The position numbers and the translations under genes were made by a program. From NCBI GenBank assembly GCA_013911885.1, contig JACESI010000005.1:150795-214794 (forward strand): a DNA stretch of 64,000 nt. Direction: 5' to 3'. The DNA comes from Hyphomicrobiales bacterium (lineage in GTDB: Bacteria; Pseudomonadota; Alphaproteobacteria; Rhizobiales; JACESI01). Positions 20,548-30,119 of this stretch are shown one piece after another. A model generated the notes under the pieces. The model was not told the DNA's origin. It saw only the letters and a program-made list of their open reading frames with translations, and did no database searches. Each line of letters opens with the position of its first letter. The first letter of the stretch is position 1.

Positions 20548-21546
20548 GTGTCCCCTGCGACGGTTTCGCGTGCGCTTAACCATCCCAATCTCGTCAGTCC
20601 GAAAACCCGCAAGCGGGTCGAGGATGCCATCCGCAAGACCGGCTATATCCGCAATCGGGCGGCGCAGGCGATGCACGGACGGCGCAGCGCCACCATTGGC
20701 CTTGTGGTTCCCACCATGAACTTTTCGATTTTCGCGGAGCTTGTTCAATCCTTCAACGATGCCGTGACCGAACTCGGCTTCACGCTTCTGCTTGCAACCC
20801 ACCGCTATGATCTCAAGACCGAGTATCAGCTGCTGCGCAAATTCCTTGAGCACCGGGTGGATGGTCTTGCCCTTATCGGGCTCGACCATAATGTAGACAC
20901 CTACAAGCTGATCGAAACCCAGAATGTTCCGGCGATTGCGGCGTGGAGTTATTCGGATCATTCGGCGATTTCCTGTGTCGGCTCCGATAACGGCGAGGCA
21001 GGGCGTGTTGCGGCCCGGCATATCCTGTCGCTTGGCCATCGTCGGATCGGCTTCGTGTTTCCGCCAACAGAAGGAAATGACCGCGCAAGGAGCAGGCAGG
21101 CGGGAGTGATCGAGACGCTCCGCAGCGCGGGGGTCGAAGTCCCTGAAGCATGGGCGGTGCGCTCGCTCTACAGCATCGCCCAATCGAAAGCAGCGTGCCT
21201 TGATCTTCTCCAAAAGCCGCATCCGCCAACCGCGCTGATCTGCGGCAATGACATCATTGCGCAAGGGGCAATCTATGCCGCGATGGAATGCCGCATGCGC
21301 GTTCCGAACGATCTTTCGATCATGGGCATCGGCGATTTTGCCGGCTCATCCGATATGGTTCCGGCACTTTCAACGATTCGTATACCAGCGCAGAAAATTG
21401 GCCTTCAGGCCGGAAGCCATCTCATCGAAAGCATCATTAATCATGACCAGAGACCGATCCTCAGGATCAAGATCGACGCGGAACTGAAAAGCCGCAGCAC
21501 GACGGCGCCACCCCGGGGAGATCAGGCAAGCGGTTTTTACTCCTGA
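20548..21546 (+). CDS. LacI-family transcriptional regulator (start unresolved; HTH homology extends upstream to about 20515)
   Basis: The ORF from GTG 20548 reads SPATVSRALNHPNLVSPKTRKRVEDAIRKTGYIRN and then a periplasmic-binding-fold domain. The in-frame upstream codons encode (KVD)IITVAQVAR, which is HTH helix 1, but contain no ATG/GTG/TTG after the TAA at 20503. Confidence 0.8.
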   Translation: MSPATVSRALNHPNLVSPKTRKRVEDAIRKTGYIRNRAAQAMHGRRSATIGLVVPTMNFSIFAELVQSFNDAVTELGFTLLLATHRYDLKTEYQLLRKFLEHRVDGLALIGLDHNVDTYKLIETQNVPAIAAWSYSDHSAISCVGSDNGEAGRVAARHILSLGHRRIGFVFPPTEGNDRARSRQAGVIETLRSAGVEVPEAWAVRSLYSIAQSKAACLDLLQKPHPPTALICGNDIIAQGAIYAAMECRMRVPNDLSIMGIGDFAGSSDMVPALSTIRIPAQKIGLQAGSHLIESIINHDQRPILRIKIDAELKSRSTTAPPRGDQASGFYS

Positions 21547-21705
21547 TTGCGGTCCGCATCGTGTGACTGATCGCATCGCGGCCCGACTGCTCTATTTGAC
21601 CGCCATTTCTATAACGGCGCATTGCTTATGGCAAAACCGCTTGCCGGGTGTGAAACGCTTATTTCAGAATTATTGTTCTGTTAATCTGAGCGTATACGGC
21701 TCGAC

Positions 21706-21965
21706 CCCGGCTTCCGCCAAGCGTTCAGTCGGCAGCCTTCGCGACGAGTGTCTCAACGAGGAAATCTTCGACAGTCTGGCCGCCGCCCGCCGCGCCCTGG
21801 GGTCCTTTGGCGCTACGACTACAACAATGTCGGCCTCATTCCGCGCCGGGCAAACAGACCCCGGCCGAAGCGCACCGGACGATTGAGCAATCTGATGGCT
21901 CCGCGCCCGGCGCGCTTGCCTAAGCCGAAACCGACCACTGTCAAACCCAGGGACTCTCATTATGA
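21706..21965 (+). mobile_element. IS3-family transposase (OrfB) C-terminal remnant, degraded
   Basis: GSLRDECLNEEIFDSLAAARRAL, then (frameshift) WRYDYNNV, then (frameshift) RPHSAPGKQTPAEAHRTIEQSDGSAPGALA, then TAA, then AETDHCQTQGLSL. Only about the last 85 codons survive, and there is no intact IS. Confidence 0.8.
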
Positions 21966-22345
21966 ACGAGGGGCGACATGAACGAGGGCGACCGGGGGGC
22001 AGGCCATATTCAAGCTTCCAACGCACTGATGGGACGTCTTGATTTTGAATTGTCACATCAAGTCAATGAAATGATTGTGCTTTGTCTCTGATTATTTTTC
22101 AAATAAAAATTCACTGATTTTTCGAATCATATTAGTTGTGCCAGGCTATATTGATTTTCGTGATTAAAAAAACGGCATCATTGGCACACAAATATAAAGC
22201 AACAGCCGCTTTTACAAGCATGCAACTTTTTTCCCCTTAAATATGTTGCTGAGAAGGCACATTGATCAAGGAACTCTCCTCAGAAACGTCAATATTTGAA
22301 AACTACATTGATTTTTTGTTCAGAAAAGGATTCTCTATTGGTCGA

Positions 22346-22359
22346 TAGTGAATTCACTA
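22346..22359. promoter_or_regulatory. Perfect 14-bp palindrome upstream of the porin gene
   Basis: TAGTGAATTCACTA, 60 nt upstream of the ATG at 22420, inside an AT-rich promoter region. Confidence 0.3.
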
Positions 22360-22419
22360 GTTACCTGTGATGTTCCGGTTCCGGAAACCATCCTAAAATA
22401 TAAAAAATGGAGATGTCCC

Positions 22420-23226
22420 ATGAATAAACTGTTGGTCCAATCCCTCATCGGTATTGCGGCGATGATGGTTGCCAGCTATTCGTCAGCAGCGGATCTTGAA
22501 GCTGTTGCGGCGCCGGAAGCAGAAGCTGAGAGCAAGTCGTTCCTGCCCGGCGAATTCTCCGTCTCTGCCGGTGTTTATACAGACTATCGCTTCCGCGGCA
22601 TTTCACAGACAGACAGCGGTCCCTCTGTTCAGGCATTACTTGGTTGGTCCGTCGAGACTCCAGTCAAGGGTGTTAACTTCGATATTGGTCTTTTTGCTTC
22701 CAATATCAACTTCACGCCAAACGATTTGACCGGTGATCCGGATGACGGCTCGATTGAAATCGACTACAATGCCGGTTTCTCTGGCACGATCAAAGACATC
22801 AACTGGGCCCTTGCTGCCTATTATTACCATTATGCGGATGCCGATAGCTCTTTGAATTTCAATTATTATGAAATTGCTGTTTCGGTTGACAAGGACGTCT
22901 ACGAAGGTCTCAATGTTGGCCTGAACTACTTCGGTACTCCGGAATACTTCGGTGAAACCGGTACCGCTCACTGGATTCAGGCAACGGCTGCCTATGAAAT
23001 TCCGGGCTTGGACCTCATCCCTCTCTCAATTGATGGTTCGGTTGGCTACCAGTTTTTTGAAGGTGATGGCGATTATCTGACATGACACGTCGGTCTGACT
23101 GCCGCCGTGCATGAGCATGCATCGCTGGGTGTTCAATACATCGATACAAACACGACCGTCTTCAATGCAGACAATGTGAACATTGCAGATGCGGGTGTGA
23201 TCGGTTTCTTTACTGTGAACTTCTAA
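22420..23226 (+). pseudogene. TorF/Gcw_chp-family outer-membrane porin interrupted by an in-frame TGA
   Basis: GGAG RBS and signal peptide MNKLLVQSLIGIAAMMVASYSSAA. The family motif is SAGVYTDYRFRGISQTDSGPSVQ. A TGA at 23083-23085 falls in ...GDGDYLT*HVGLTAAV..., and the same frame then continues for 46 codons to a beta-barrel terminus GFFTVNF and a TAA at 23224. Confidence 0.75.
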
Positions 23227-23247
23227 GATTATATAGCGTTCAAATGA

Positions 23248-23282
23248 AAACCCCGGTGCTGAGCAAGGCGCCGGGGTTTTGT
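23248..23282 (+). terminator. Rho-independent terminator after the porin gene
   Basis: AAAACCCCGG-tgctgagcaaggcg-CCGGGGTTTT. Confidence 0.7.
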
Positions 23283-23356
23283 CCTATTATGCCCGCCTCG
23301 TATCACCCGGCTGATTTATCCTTTCCTGTTTTCGTGCAGCGGCATATGAATTTCTC

Positions 23357-24097
23357 ATGGAGTGGACCGAAGAAGCCCTTATCCTCGGTGTGCGAAAACA
23401 TGGCGAGACCAGTGTCATTCTGGAAGTGATGACGCAGGCGCGCGGGCGCGCGCGCGGGCTCATTCGTGGCGGGCGCTCGCGACGGCTTCAGCCGGTCCTT
23501 CAGGCGGGAAATCGCGTTCGGGTCACCTGGCGCGCGCGGCTCGAAGATCACCTTGGCGTCTTCACCATCGAGCCGGTTGAATTGCGCGCCGCGCGGTTGA
23601 TGGAAACCGGCGTCGGTCTTCACGGTATTCAGGTTCTTGCAGCCCATCTTCGGCTGTTGCCGGAACGCGATCCGCATCCCGCCCTTGTTGAGGCGGCGGA
23701 AGTTGTCATCGGCAATCTCGATGATGCAATGGTGACGGCGGTTCTTTTGATCCGCTTTGAACTTGCCCTTCTTGATGAACTCGGTTTCGGACTTGATCTG
23801 TCGGTCTGTGCCGCGACAGGGGGAAGCCAGGATCTCGCCTATGTCTCACCGAAGTCGGGGCGGGCGGTGAGCCGGGCTGCGGGCGCGCCTTATCATGATC
23901 GAATGTTGCCGCTGCCAGCCTTTCTGCTGAGTGGTAGAGCGCCTCAAGCCTTTGCCGATATTGCCGATGCGTTCCGGCTGACCGGTTATTTCCTCCACCG
24001 CCATATCTATGATCCGCGCAGTGTGAAGCCGCCCCTTTCGCGCGAGACGCTTTCGCGCGATATCGAACGGGTCATCTGCGGGAATTCAGCGGGATAA
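23357..24097 (+). CDS. recO: DNA repair protein RecO
   Basis: 246-aa ORF: MEWTEEALILGVRKHGETSVILEVMT...RGGRSRRLQPVLQAGN. Confidence 0.9.
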   Translation: MEWTEEALILGVRKHGETSVILEVMTQARGRARGLIRGGRSRRLQPVLQAGNRVRVTWRARLEDHLGVFTIEPVELRAARLMETGVGLHGIQVLAAHLRLLPERDPHPALVEAAEVVIGNLDDAMVTAVLLIRFELALLDELGFGLDLSVCAATGGSQDLAYVSPKSGRAVSRAAGAPYHDRMLPLPAFLLSGRAPQAFADIADAFRLTGYFLHRHIYDPRSVKPPLSRETLSRDIERVICGNSAG

Positions 24098-24155
24098 AAC
24101 CGCACAGCGGTCCGTTTTCCTTGAGTGCGCGGAGCGGATCGGCTAACCCAGAACC

Positions 24156-26444
24156 ATGGGAAATGAGATGATTCCGCCGGGTGGCGGCGAGGGTAAGGGG
24201 ATCGAGGCGATCAACCTCAAGACGGCGCTCGAAGAGCGCTATCTTGCCTATGCGCTATCCACCATCATGCACCGCGCACTGCCGGATGTGCGGGACGGGT
24301 TAAAGCCCGTCCACCGCCGCATTCTGCATGCCATGCGCGAATTGAAGCTCGAACCCGGTTCCGGATTCAAGAAGTCGGCGCGTGTTGTCGGCGATGTCAT
24401 CGGTAAATTCCACCCCCATGGCGATCAATCGGTCTATGACGCGCTGGTGCGTCTCGCGCAGGATTTCGCTGTGCGTTATCCGCTGGTCGACGGCCAGGGC
24501 AATTTCGGCAATGTCGACGGCGATAACGCCGCCGCCATGCGCTATACGGAAGCCCGGATGACCGAAGTCGCCCGCCTCCTCATGGAGGGCATGAGCGAAG
24601 ATGCGGTCGATTTCCGCGAGACCTATGACGGCGAGGATGAGGAACCGGTGGTTCTGCCCGCCAATTTTCCGAACCTTCTCGCCAATGGCTCAAGCGGCAT
24701 TGCGGTTGGCATGGCGACCAATATCCCGCCGCACAATGTGGCCGAGCTTTGCGACGCGGCCCTGCATCTGATCCGTCATCCCAATGCGGGAATCGAGAAA
24801 CTCATCGAGTTCGTGCCGGGTCCTGATTTTCCGACCGGCGGCATCTGCGTCGAAGACCGGAGTGCGATTGTCGAAGCCTACCGCACGGGGCGCGGCGGCT
24901 TTCGGGTCCGCGCGCGTTGGGAGAAGGAAGACACGGGCCGCGGCAGTTATGTGATTGTTGTCACCGAAATTCCCTATCAGGTCCAGAAATCGCGACTGAT
25001 CGAGAAAATCGCCGAACTGCTGATGCAGCGCAAGCTGCCGCTCCTCGCTGATATTCGCGACGAATCGGCGGAAGACATCCGCGTGGTGCTGGAACCGAAG
25101 AGCCGCACCGTCGATCCCGTTCTTCTGATGGAATCGCTCTATCGCCTGACTGAACTTGAAAGCCGGATCTCGCTCAACATGAACGTGCTCTCGCGCGGTC
25201 TGGTGCCGAATGTGCTGGGCCTGCGCGATGTCCTGCGGGAATGGCTCGACCACCGCAAGGAAGTGCTTCTGCGCCGTTCCGCCCACCGGCTCGACAAGAT
25301 CAACCACCGGCTTGAGGTTCTGGCCGGATATCTGATCGCCTTTCTCAATCTTGATGAGGTGATCCGCATTGTCCGCCAGGAGGATGAGCCGAAGAGCGAA
25401 TTGATGACGAGGTTCGCTCTCAGCGATATTCAGGCTGAGGCGATCCTCAACATGCGCCTGCGCTCGCTCGCGAAGCTCGAGGAAATCGAAATCCGCCGCG
25501 AGCATGATGCACTAACCGCGGAAAAGGCGGAACTGACCGCCCTTGTTGCCGATGAAAACCTGCAATGGCAACGCATTTCCGAAGAAGTGCGCTCGGTCAG
25601 AAAGACATTCGGGCCAGACACCCTGCTCGGGCGGCGGCGGACGTCTTTCAGCGAAGCGGCAGAGGTTGATTTTGCCGATATCCAGACCGCGATGATCGAG
25701 CGCGAGCCCGTCACCGTCGTGGTCTCGGAAAAAGGCTGGATCCGTGCCATGAAAGGTCATCTTGCCAGCACGGAAGGTCTCCAGTTCAAGGACGGCGACC
25801 GCCTCAAAGTGGCAATTCAGGCAGAGACCACCGACAAGATCATCGTCTTTACCACGTCCGGCAAATTCTACACGCTCGCTGCCGATAAACTTCCGGGTGG
25901 GCGCGGCCATGGCGAGCCGCTCCGCATCATGGTCGACATGGAGAACGATCAGGATGTGGTCGCCGTGTTCAGTCATGATCCAACGCGCAAACTCCTGATC
26001 GGCACGGTTTCCGGCCGTGGATTCCTGATCAATGAAAAAGATGTCATCGCGAACACCCGCAAGGGCAAGCAGGTTCTCAACGTCAAATTACCGGACGAAG
26101 CCTATATCTGCGTTCCCGCGACCGGCGATCAGGTGGCCGTGATCGGCAGCAACCGGCGCTTGCTTGTGTTCCCGATGGCTCAAATACCTGAAATGACGCG
26201 GGGGCAGGGCGTTCGGCTTCAGAAATACAAGGACGGCGGCATTGCCGACCTTCGGGTCTTCTCCGCGGCGGAAGGACTTGCATGGACGGACAGCGCCGGG
26301 CGGCGCTATGAGCGCTCGATGAACGAGCTTCAGGAATGGCTGGGCGAGCGCGCGCAGGCCGGACGGATGCCACCGACAGGCTTTCCGAAAAACAACAAAT
26401 TCGGCACTCCGCTGTTTACCGGCGACATTACCGATATCAAGTGA
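24156..26444 (+). CDS. parC: DNA topoisomerase IV subunit A
   Basis: 762-aa ORF: [32 protein letters not shown]...[21 protein letters not shown]...AAMRYTE. The length and C-terminal domain fit alphaproteobacterial ParC rather than GyrA. Confidence 0.9.
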   Translation: MGNEMIPPGGGEGKGIEAINLKTALEERYLAYALSTIMHRALPDVRDGLKPVHRRILHAMRELKLEPGSGFKKSARVVGDVIGKFHPHGDQSVYDALVRLAQDFAVRYPLVDGQGNFGNVDGDNAAAMRYTEARMTEVARLLMEGMSEDAVDFRETYDGEDEEPVVLPANFPNLLANGSSGIAVGMATNIPPHNVAELCDAALHLIRHPNAGIEKLIEFVPGPDFPTGGICVEDRSAIVEAYRTGRGGFRVRARWEKEDTGRGSYVIVVTEIPYQVQKSRLIEKIAELLMQRKLPLLADIRDESAEDIRVVLEPKSRTVDPVLLMESLYRLTELESRISLNMNVLSRGLVPNVLGLRDVLREWLDHRKEVLLRRSAHRLDKINHRLEVLAGYLIAFLNLDEVIRIVRQEDEPKSELMTRFALSDIQAEAILNMRLRSLAKLEEIEIRREHDALTAEKAELTALVADENLQWQRISEEVRSVRKTFGPDTLLGRRRTSFSEAAEVDFADIQTAMIEREPVTVVVSEKGWIRAMKGHLASTEGLQFKDGDRLKVAIQAETTDKIIVFTTSGKFYTLAADKLPGGRGHGEPLRIMVDMENDQDVVAVFSHDPTRKLLIGTVSGRGFLINEKDVIANTRKGKQVLNVKLPDEAYICVPATGDQVAVIGSNRRLLVFPMAQIPEMTRGQGVRLQKYKDGGIADLRVFSAAEGLAWTDSAGRRYERSMNELQEWLGERAQAGRMPPTGFPKNNKFGTPLFTGDITDIK

Positions 26445-27333
26445 AGGCAACGGCCGCCGGTCGGCTGCGCAGGCGCAGGAGACTGTGCACAAGGATAGCG
26501 CCGATCACGATGGCGCCACCAATCAGTGTGTTCGTGCTCAGCGTCTCATCAAAAAGGCTCCACACCATCAGCGGTGCAAGCACCGTCTCGAGGAGATAGA
26601 ACATCGCAACCTCGGGCGCCGAGATATAGCGCGGCGCGAGCGCGAACATCGCCATGGCAAGCGGTGCCACAAACACTGAATTCAGCACAAGAAACGCTGG
26701 TTCCTGCAAGGTGAAGCCACCGATCATCACAAATGGAACAGCCACGAGCGCCGCAAGCAGTCCGGCGAGGGCAGGTGAATAAACGAGGTTCTTGCCGCTG
26801 CGACGAATGAAGACCGTCTCTGCCGCCAGCATGACCGCACAAAGCAGCGCCATGAGATTGCCGAAAGTGTTTGCCCCGCTGTTCACAACAAGATCATCGA
26901 TAGTAATGATGAGAATGCCAACAAGGGCTACAAACACGGTGAGCCATGTCATCAGCGGGTGACGCTCGCGCAGCACAAAAGTCGTAAAGACAATCGCAAC
27001 GAGGGAACTGAATGCCGTGATGAAAACCAGATTGGCTGTTGTCGTGTAGTAAATCCCGAGCACGAAACCAACGGTTGCGATCATGTGAAGGATCGCGAGG
27101 ATGACCGTATCCCAGCCATCGATAAAACGGGCATTGCTGAGCTTGAGCGCCTTCAGAAGGCGGTAGACGGCATAAAGGACAGCGAACATCAAAGGCCCGC
27201 GCACCAGCATGACCGTCCACGGGTCGCTCCCCGCAAGACGCACGAGCGGAATGTCGCATGCAATCAAAACGCCGCCGAGTGCGGCAATGGCGAGACCTTT
27301 TTTATGGTCCGTGATGGGAGGGGAAGGGAGCAT
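26437..27333 (-). CDS. DMT-superfamily (EamA-like) transporter
   Basis: 298-aa, roughly 10-TM hydrophobic ORF with duplicated EamA-like halves. Confidence 0.75.
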   Translation of the reverse strand: MLPSPPITDHKKGLAIAALGGVLIACDIPLVRLAGSDPWTVMLVRGPLMFAVLYAVYRLLKALKLSNARFIDGWDTVILAILHMIATVGFVLGIYYTTTANLVFITAFSSLVAIVFTTFVLRERHPLMTWLTVFVALVGILIITIDDLVVNSGANTFGNLMALLCAVMLAAETVFIRRSGKNLVYSPALAGLLAALVAVPFVMIGGFTLQEPAFLVLNSVFVAPLAMAMFALAPRYISAPEVAMFYLLETVLAPLMVWSLFDETLSTNTLIGGAIVIGAILVHSLLRLRSRPAAVAFT

Positions 27334-27364
27334 TATCTTTCCGCAGGGATCGCAGCCTTGTTCA

Positions 27365-28195
27365 TCAGGAAGCGATCGGGCTGCTGCTCCCTTTCGGATG
27401 GTGGGTTTCCCAGCCGCGCGCAGTCAAAATCTCGTGCGGATTGAAGCGGACCTTGTAATCCATTTTCGGAGAACCATCGACCCAGTAGCCAAGATAGAGA
27501 AATGGCAGGCCATGTCGGCGCGAGCGGGCAATATGATCGAGGATCATGTAGGTGCCGAGACTGCGCTTTTCCGATTTTGTGTCGAAAAAAGAATAGACCA
27601 TCGACAGGCCATCATCGAGAATATCGGTGAGCGCCACGGCAAGCAGTTCGCCGTCGCCGCGACCGCTGATGCCGCTGTCGGGACCACGTCTGCGGTATTC
27701 GATCACCATCGTATCGACATGGCTGTCCTCAATCATCATGGAATAATCGAGAACGCTCATATCCGCCATGCCGCCCTCGCGATGGCGGCTGTCGAGATAC
27801 TGCCGGAAGAGACTATATTGTTCCGAGGTCGGCGAGGGCGCGATTTCCCGCCCGATCAGGTCCTGGTTGCGAGCGATCGTGCGGCGCATGGATTTTGATT
27901 CGCGAAAATCACTCGTCAGAACCCGGATCGACATGCAGGCGCGGCACATTTCGCAGGCCGGACGATAGGCAATGTTCTGAGACCGTCGAAAACCGCCCTG
28001 GGTCAGCATATTGTTGATATCGGAGGCGTTATCGCCGATCAGATGGGTGAAAACTTTTCGTTCCATCTTGCCCTTCAGATAGGGGCAGGCGGATGGTGCG
28101 GTCAGATAAAATTGCGGAACGTCCTTTGGATATCGTGACACGGCGACGTTTTGCCTCTCATGGGCTGAAACAGCCATTTGGCAAAATGGTATCAC
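27365..28195 (-). CDS. bpt: Arginyl/aspartate-glutamate leucyl-tRNA--protein transferase (Bpt)
   Basis: [26 protein letters not shown]...[24 protein letters not shown]...YLGYWV. The true start may be the ATG at 28177. Confidence 0.85.
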   Translation of the reverse strand: MIPFCQMAVSAHERQNVAVSRYPKDVPQFYLTAPSACPYLKGKMERKVFTHLIGDNASDINNMLTQGGFRRSQNIAYRPACEMCRACMSIRVLTSDFRESKSMRRTIARNQDLIGREIAPSPTSEQYSLFRQYLDSRHREGGMADMSVLDYSMMIEDSHVDTMVIEYRRRGPDSGISGRGDGELLAVALTDILDDGLSMVYSFFDTKSEKRSLGTYMILDHIARSRRHGLPFLYLGYWVDGSPKMDYKVRFNPHEILTARGWETHHPKGSSSPIAS

Positions 28196-28258
28196 CTATT
28201 TTGAATAATTCAATCGCAGCCTTGCGCTTACGGCGCTGGCCGCGCGCCGCAAAGCGCC

Positions 28259-28768
28259 TTATGCACCATCAAATTTGTTGGAAAGCGCGTCGCGGTTCAC
28301 GACAATGGTGCCGGATACGAAATCATGCAACAAACGGCGCCTTTTCGTGAACAGCCCGATGAGAACGACAAAGGGCGTCAGGACCGTCGCGAAAAAATAA
28401 AATGCGACCGCATGAAAGATCGCCATAAGGGCATAGACCTTGCGTCCGTCGAGCATGCGAACCTCGAGACCGAGCGCGCGCATGCCGGGGGTCGCTGACC
28501 TGTCGCTGCCCATGGTGAAGGCCACATAGCCAAGAACGAGCGCGATCATTGCCGGGGGCATGAGCGCCGGCATCACGATCCACAACAGGCCGAGTGTCGG
28601 AATGCCGAGAATCAATAAAACCACCCACATCACGGTCACGAGAACGGCGAGAATTGAAAAGTCGATCAGGAACGCGATGAAGCGTCGCGACAGCACGCCG
28701 TCGAAAAGGGCGGCATTGCCCGGTTGATCGAACAGGTCACTGTCGGTTACGGAAACCTGGGCCATCAT
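28259..28768 (-). CDS. RDD-family membrane protein
   Basis: ORF 28259..28963 is trimmed to MMAQVSVTDSDLFDQPGNAALFDGVLSRRFIAFLIDFSIL..., because the longer version overlaps hemB. It has three TM segments and an RDD-like pattern. Confidence 0.7.
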   Translation of the reverse strand: MMAQVSVTDSDLFDQPGNAALFDGVLSRRFIAFLIDFSILAVLVTVMWVVLLILGIPTLGLLWIVMPALMPPAMIALVLGYVAFTMGSDRSATPGMRALGLEVRMLDGRKVYALMAIFHAVAFYFFATVLTPFVVLIGLFTKRRRLLHDFVSGTIVVNRDALSNKFDGA

Positions 28769-28880
28769 TATGCTATCCTCATCAATACGCACTGCTCCGC
28801 ACGAGAGGAGGCGCTTCAACACCCGACATGTGGGGATGCAGGAGGGCGAAATCAAGCCATCCCTTGGTGCTCTTGATACA

Positions 28881-29927
28881 TCAGGCTTGCTTGCGCAGGA
28901 TCTCAGCCACCTTCGGTGCGAAATAGGTGAGAACGCCGTCCGCGCCCGCCCGCTTGAAGGCAATCAGGCTTTCCATCATGGCCCGCTCCCCGTCGAGCCA
29001 GCCATTGGCAGCCGCGGCCATGATCATCGCATATTCGCCGGAGACCTGATAGGCGAAGGTAGGCATGGCGAAAGTGTCGCGCACGCGCCGGATGATATCG
29101 AGATAGGGCATGCCGGGCTTGACCATCACCATGTCCGCTCCCTCTTCAATATCAAGGGCAACCTCGCGCAGCGCTTCATCCGTATTGGCCGGGTCCATCT
29201 GATAGGTGCGCTTATCGCCAAGAAGGGTGGCATTGGTCCCAACCGCATCACGGAAAGGGCCGTAAAAGGCAGAGGCATATTTCGCCGCATAGGACATGAT
29301 CTGGATATCTTCAAATCCGTCATCATCGAGTGCTGCGCGGATTGCCCCGATGCGCCCGTCCATCATGTCGGAGGGTGAAATGATGTCGGCTCCCGCATCT
29401 GCCTGAAGCAGGGCCTGCTGGCAAAGAATATGCACCGTTTCATCATTGAGGATCGTCTCGCCATCCATGACACCGTCATGACCGTGGCTCGTATAGGGAT
29501 CGAGCGCGACATCGCTCATCAATCCGATCGGAATGCCTTCAGCCCGAATCGCACGGCACGCCGTGCAGACAAGATTGTTGCCATTGAGTGCTTCGGAGCC
29601 TTCCGGATCACGCTTGTCGGGGTTGGTGTTCGGGAAAAGCGCGATGATCGGAATACCAAGCAGCGCCGCCTTCTCCGCCTCGCGCACGGCGTGGTCGACC
29701 GTATGGCGGAAAACCTGCGGCATTGAGGGTATCGGTGTCGAACTTGCGGTTCCATCGGTAAGAAAGATCGGCCAGATCAGATCATCGACTGTGAGGGTGT
29801 TTTCGCGCACAAGCCGACGCGCCCAGTCGGTCTTGCGATTGCGCCGCATCCGCCGCCGGTTAACGATGGCGTTGACGTCTGGTTTTCCGCGACCTTCCGG
29901 GTTGAGCATGGTTTTCCTCAATAGCAA
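28881..29927 (-). CDS. hemB: Porphobilinogen synthase (delta-aminolevulinic acid dehydratase)
   Basis: RRMRRNRKTDWARRLVRENTLTVDDLIWPIF...MVKPGMPYLDIIRRV...AYQVSGEYAM. Confidence 0.95.
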   Translation of the reverse strand: MLLRKTMLNPEGRGKPDVNAIVNRRRMRRNRKTDWARRLVRENTLTVDDLIWPIFLTDGTASSTPIPSMPQVFRHTVDHAVREAEKAALLGIPIIALFPNTNPDKRDPEGSEALNGNNLVCTACRAIRAEGIPIGLMSDVALDPYTSHGHDGVMDGETILNDETVHILCQQALLQADAGADIISPSDMMDGRIGAIRAALDDDGFEDIQIMSYAAKYASAFYGPFRDAVGTNATLLGDKRTYQMDPANTDEALREVALDIEEGADMVMVKPGMPYLDIIRRVRDTFAMPTFAYQVSGEYAMIMAAAANGWLDGERAMMESLIAFKRAGADGVLTYFAPKVAEILRKQA

Positions 29928-30119
29928 TGATCAGGCAAGCTAGGCCAATTCTGGCGCCCGCCTTAACATACCGACAGGCGGGTGTGGTAAAATTTGCAAC
30001 GCGCGATAGTATGGCGTTTCGCGCTTGATCGGCAAAACTGGTGTGAGTACTTAGATCGCACGGCAAGGCATGTTATGGTTCAAATGAGATCGCGATCAAG
30101 ACGATAAACGGGAACACGG

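Noticed and set aside
18979-21264. A 761-aa ORF that looks like a large fusion protein
   Set aside because: Only the C-terminal 471 aa (from the ATG at 20394) resemble an aldehyde dehydrogenase. The upstream 290 codons are the antisense of the LacI gene and have Arg/Pro-rich junk composition.
22182-22200. Sigma-54-like TGGCAC upstream of the porin gene
   Set aside because: The position that should carry the -12 TTGC element reads TATAA, so only half of the bipartite promoter is present.
23083-23085. Selenocysteine recoding at the porin TGA (and pyrrolysine at the rne TAG, 59624-59626)
   Set aside because: No stable SECIS-like stem-loop lies immediately 3' of the TGA. A Trp codon one substitution away fits the context, and the window holds no recoding machinery or PYLIS-like context. 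Nonsense mutation or base-call error is more parsimonious.
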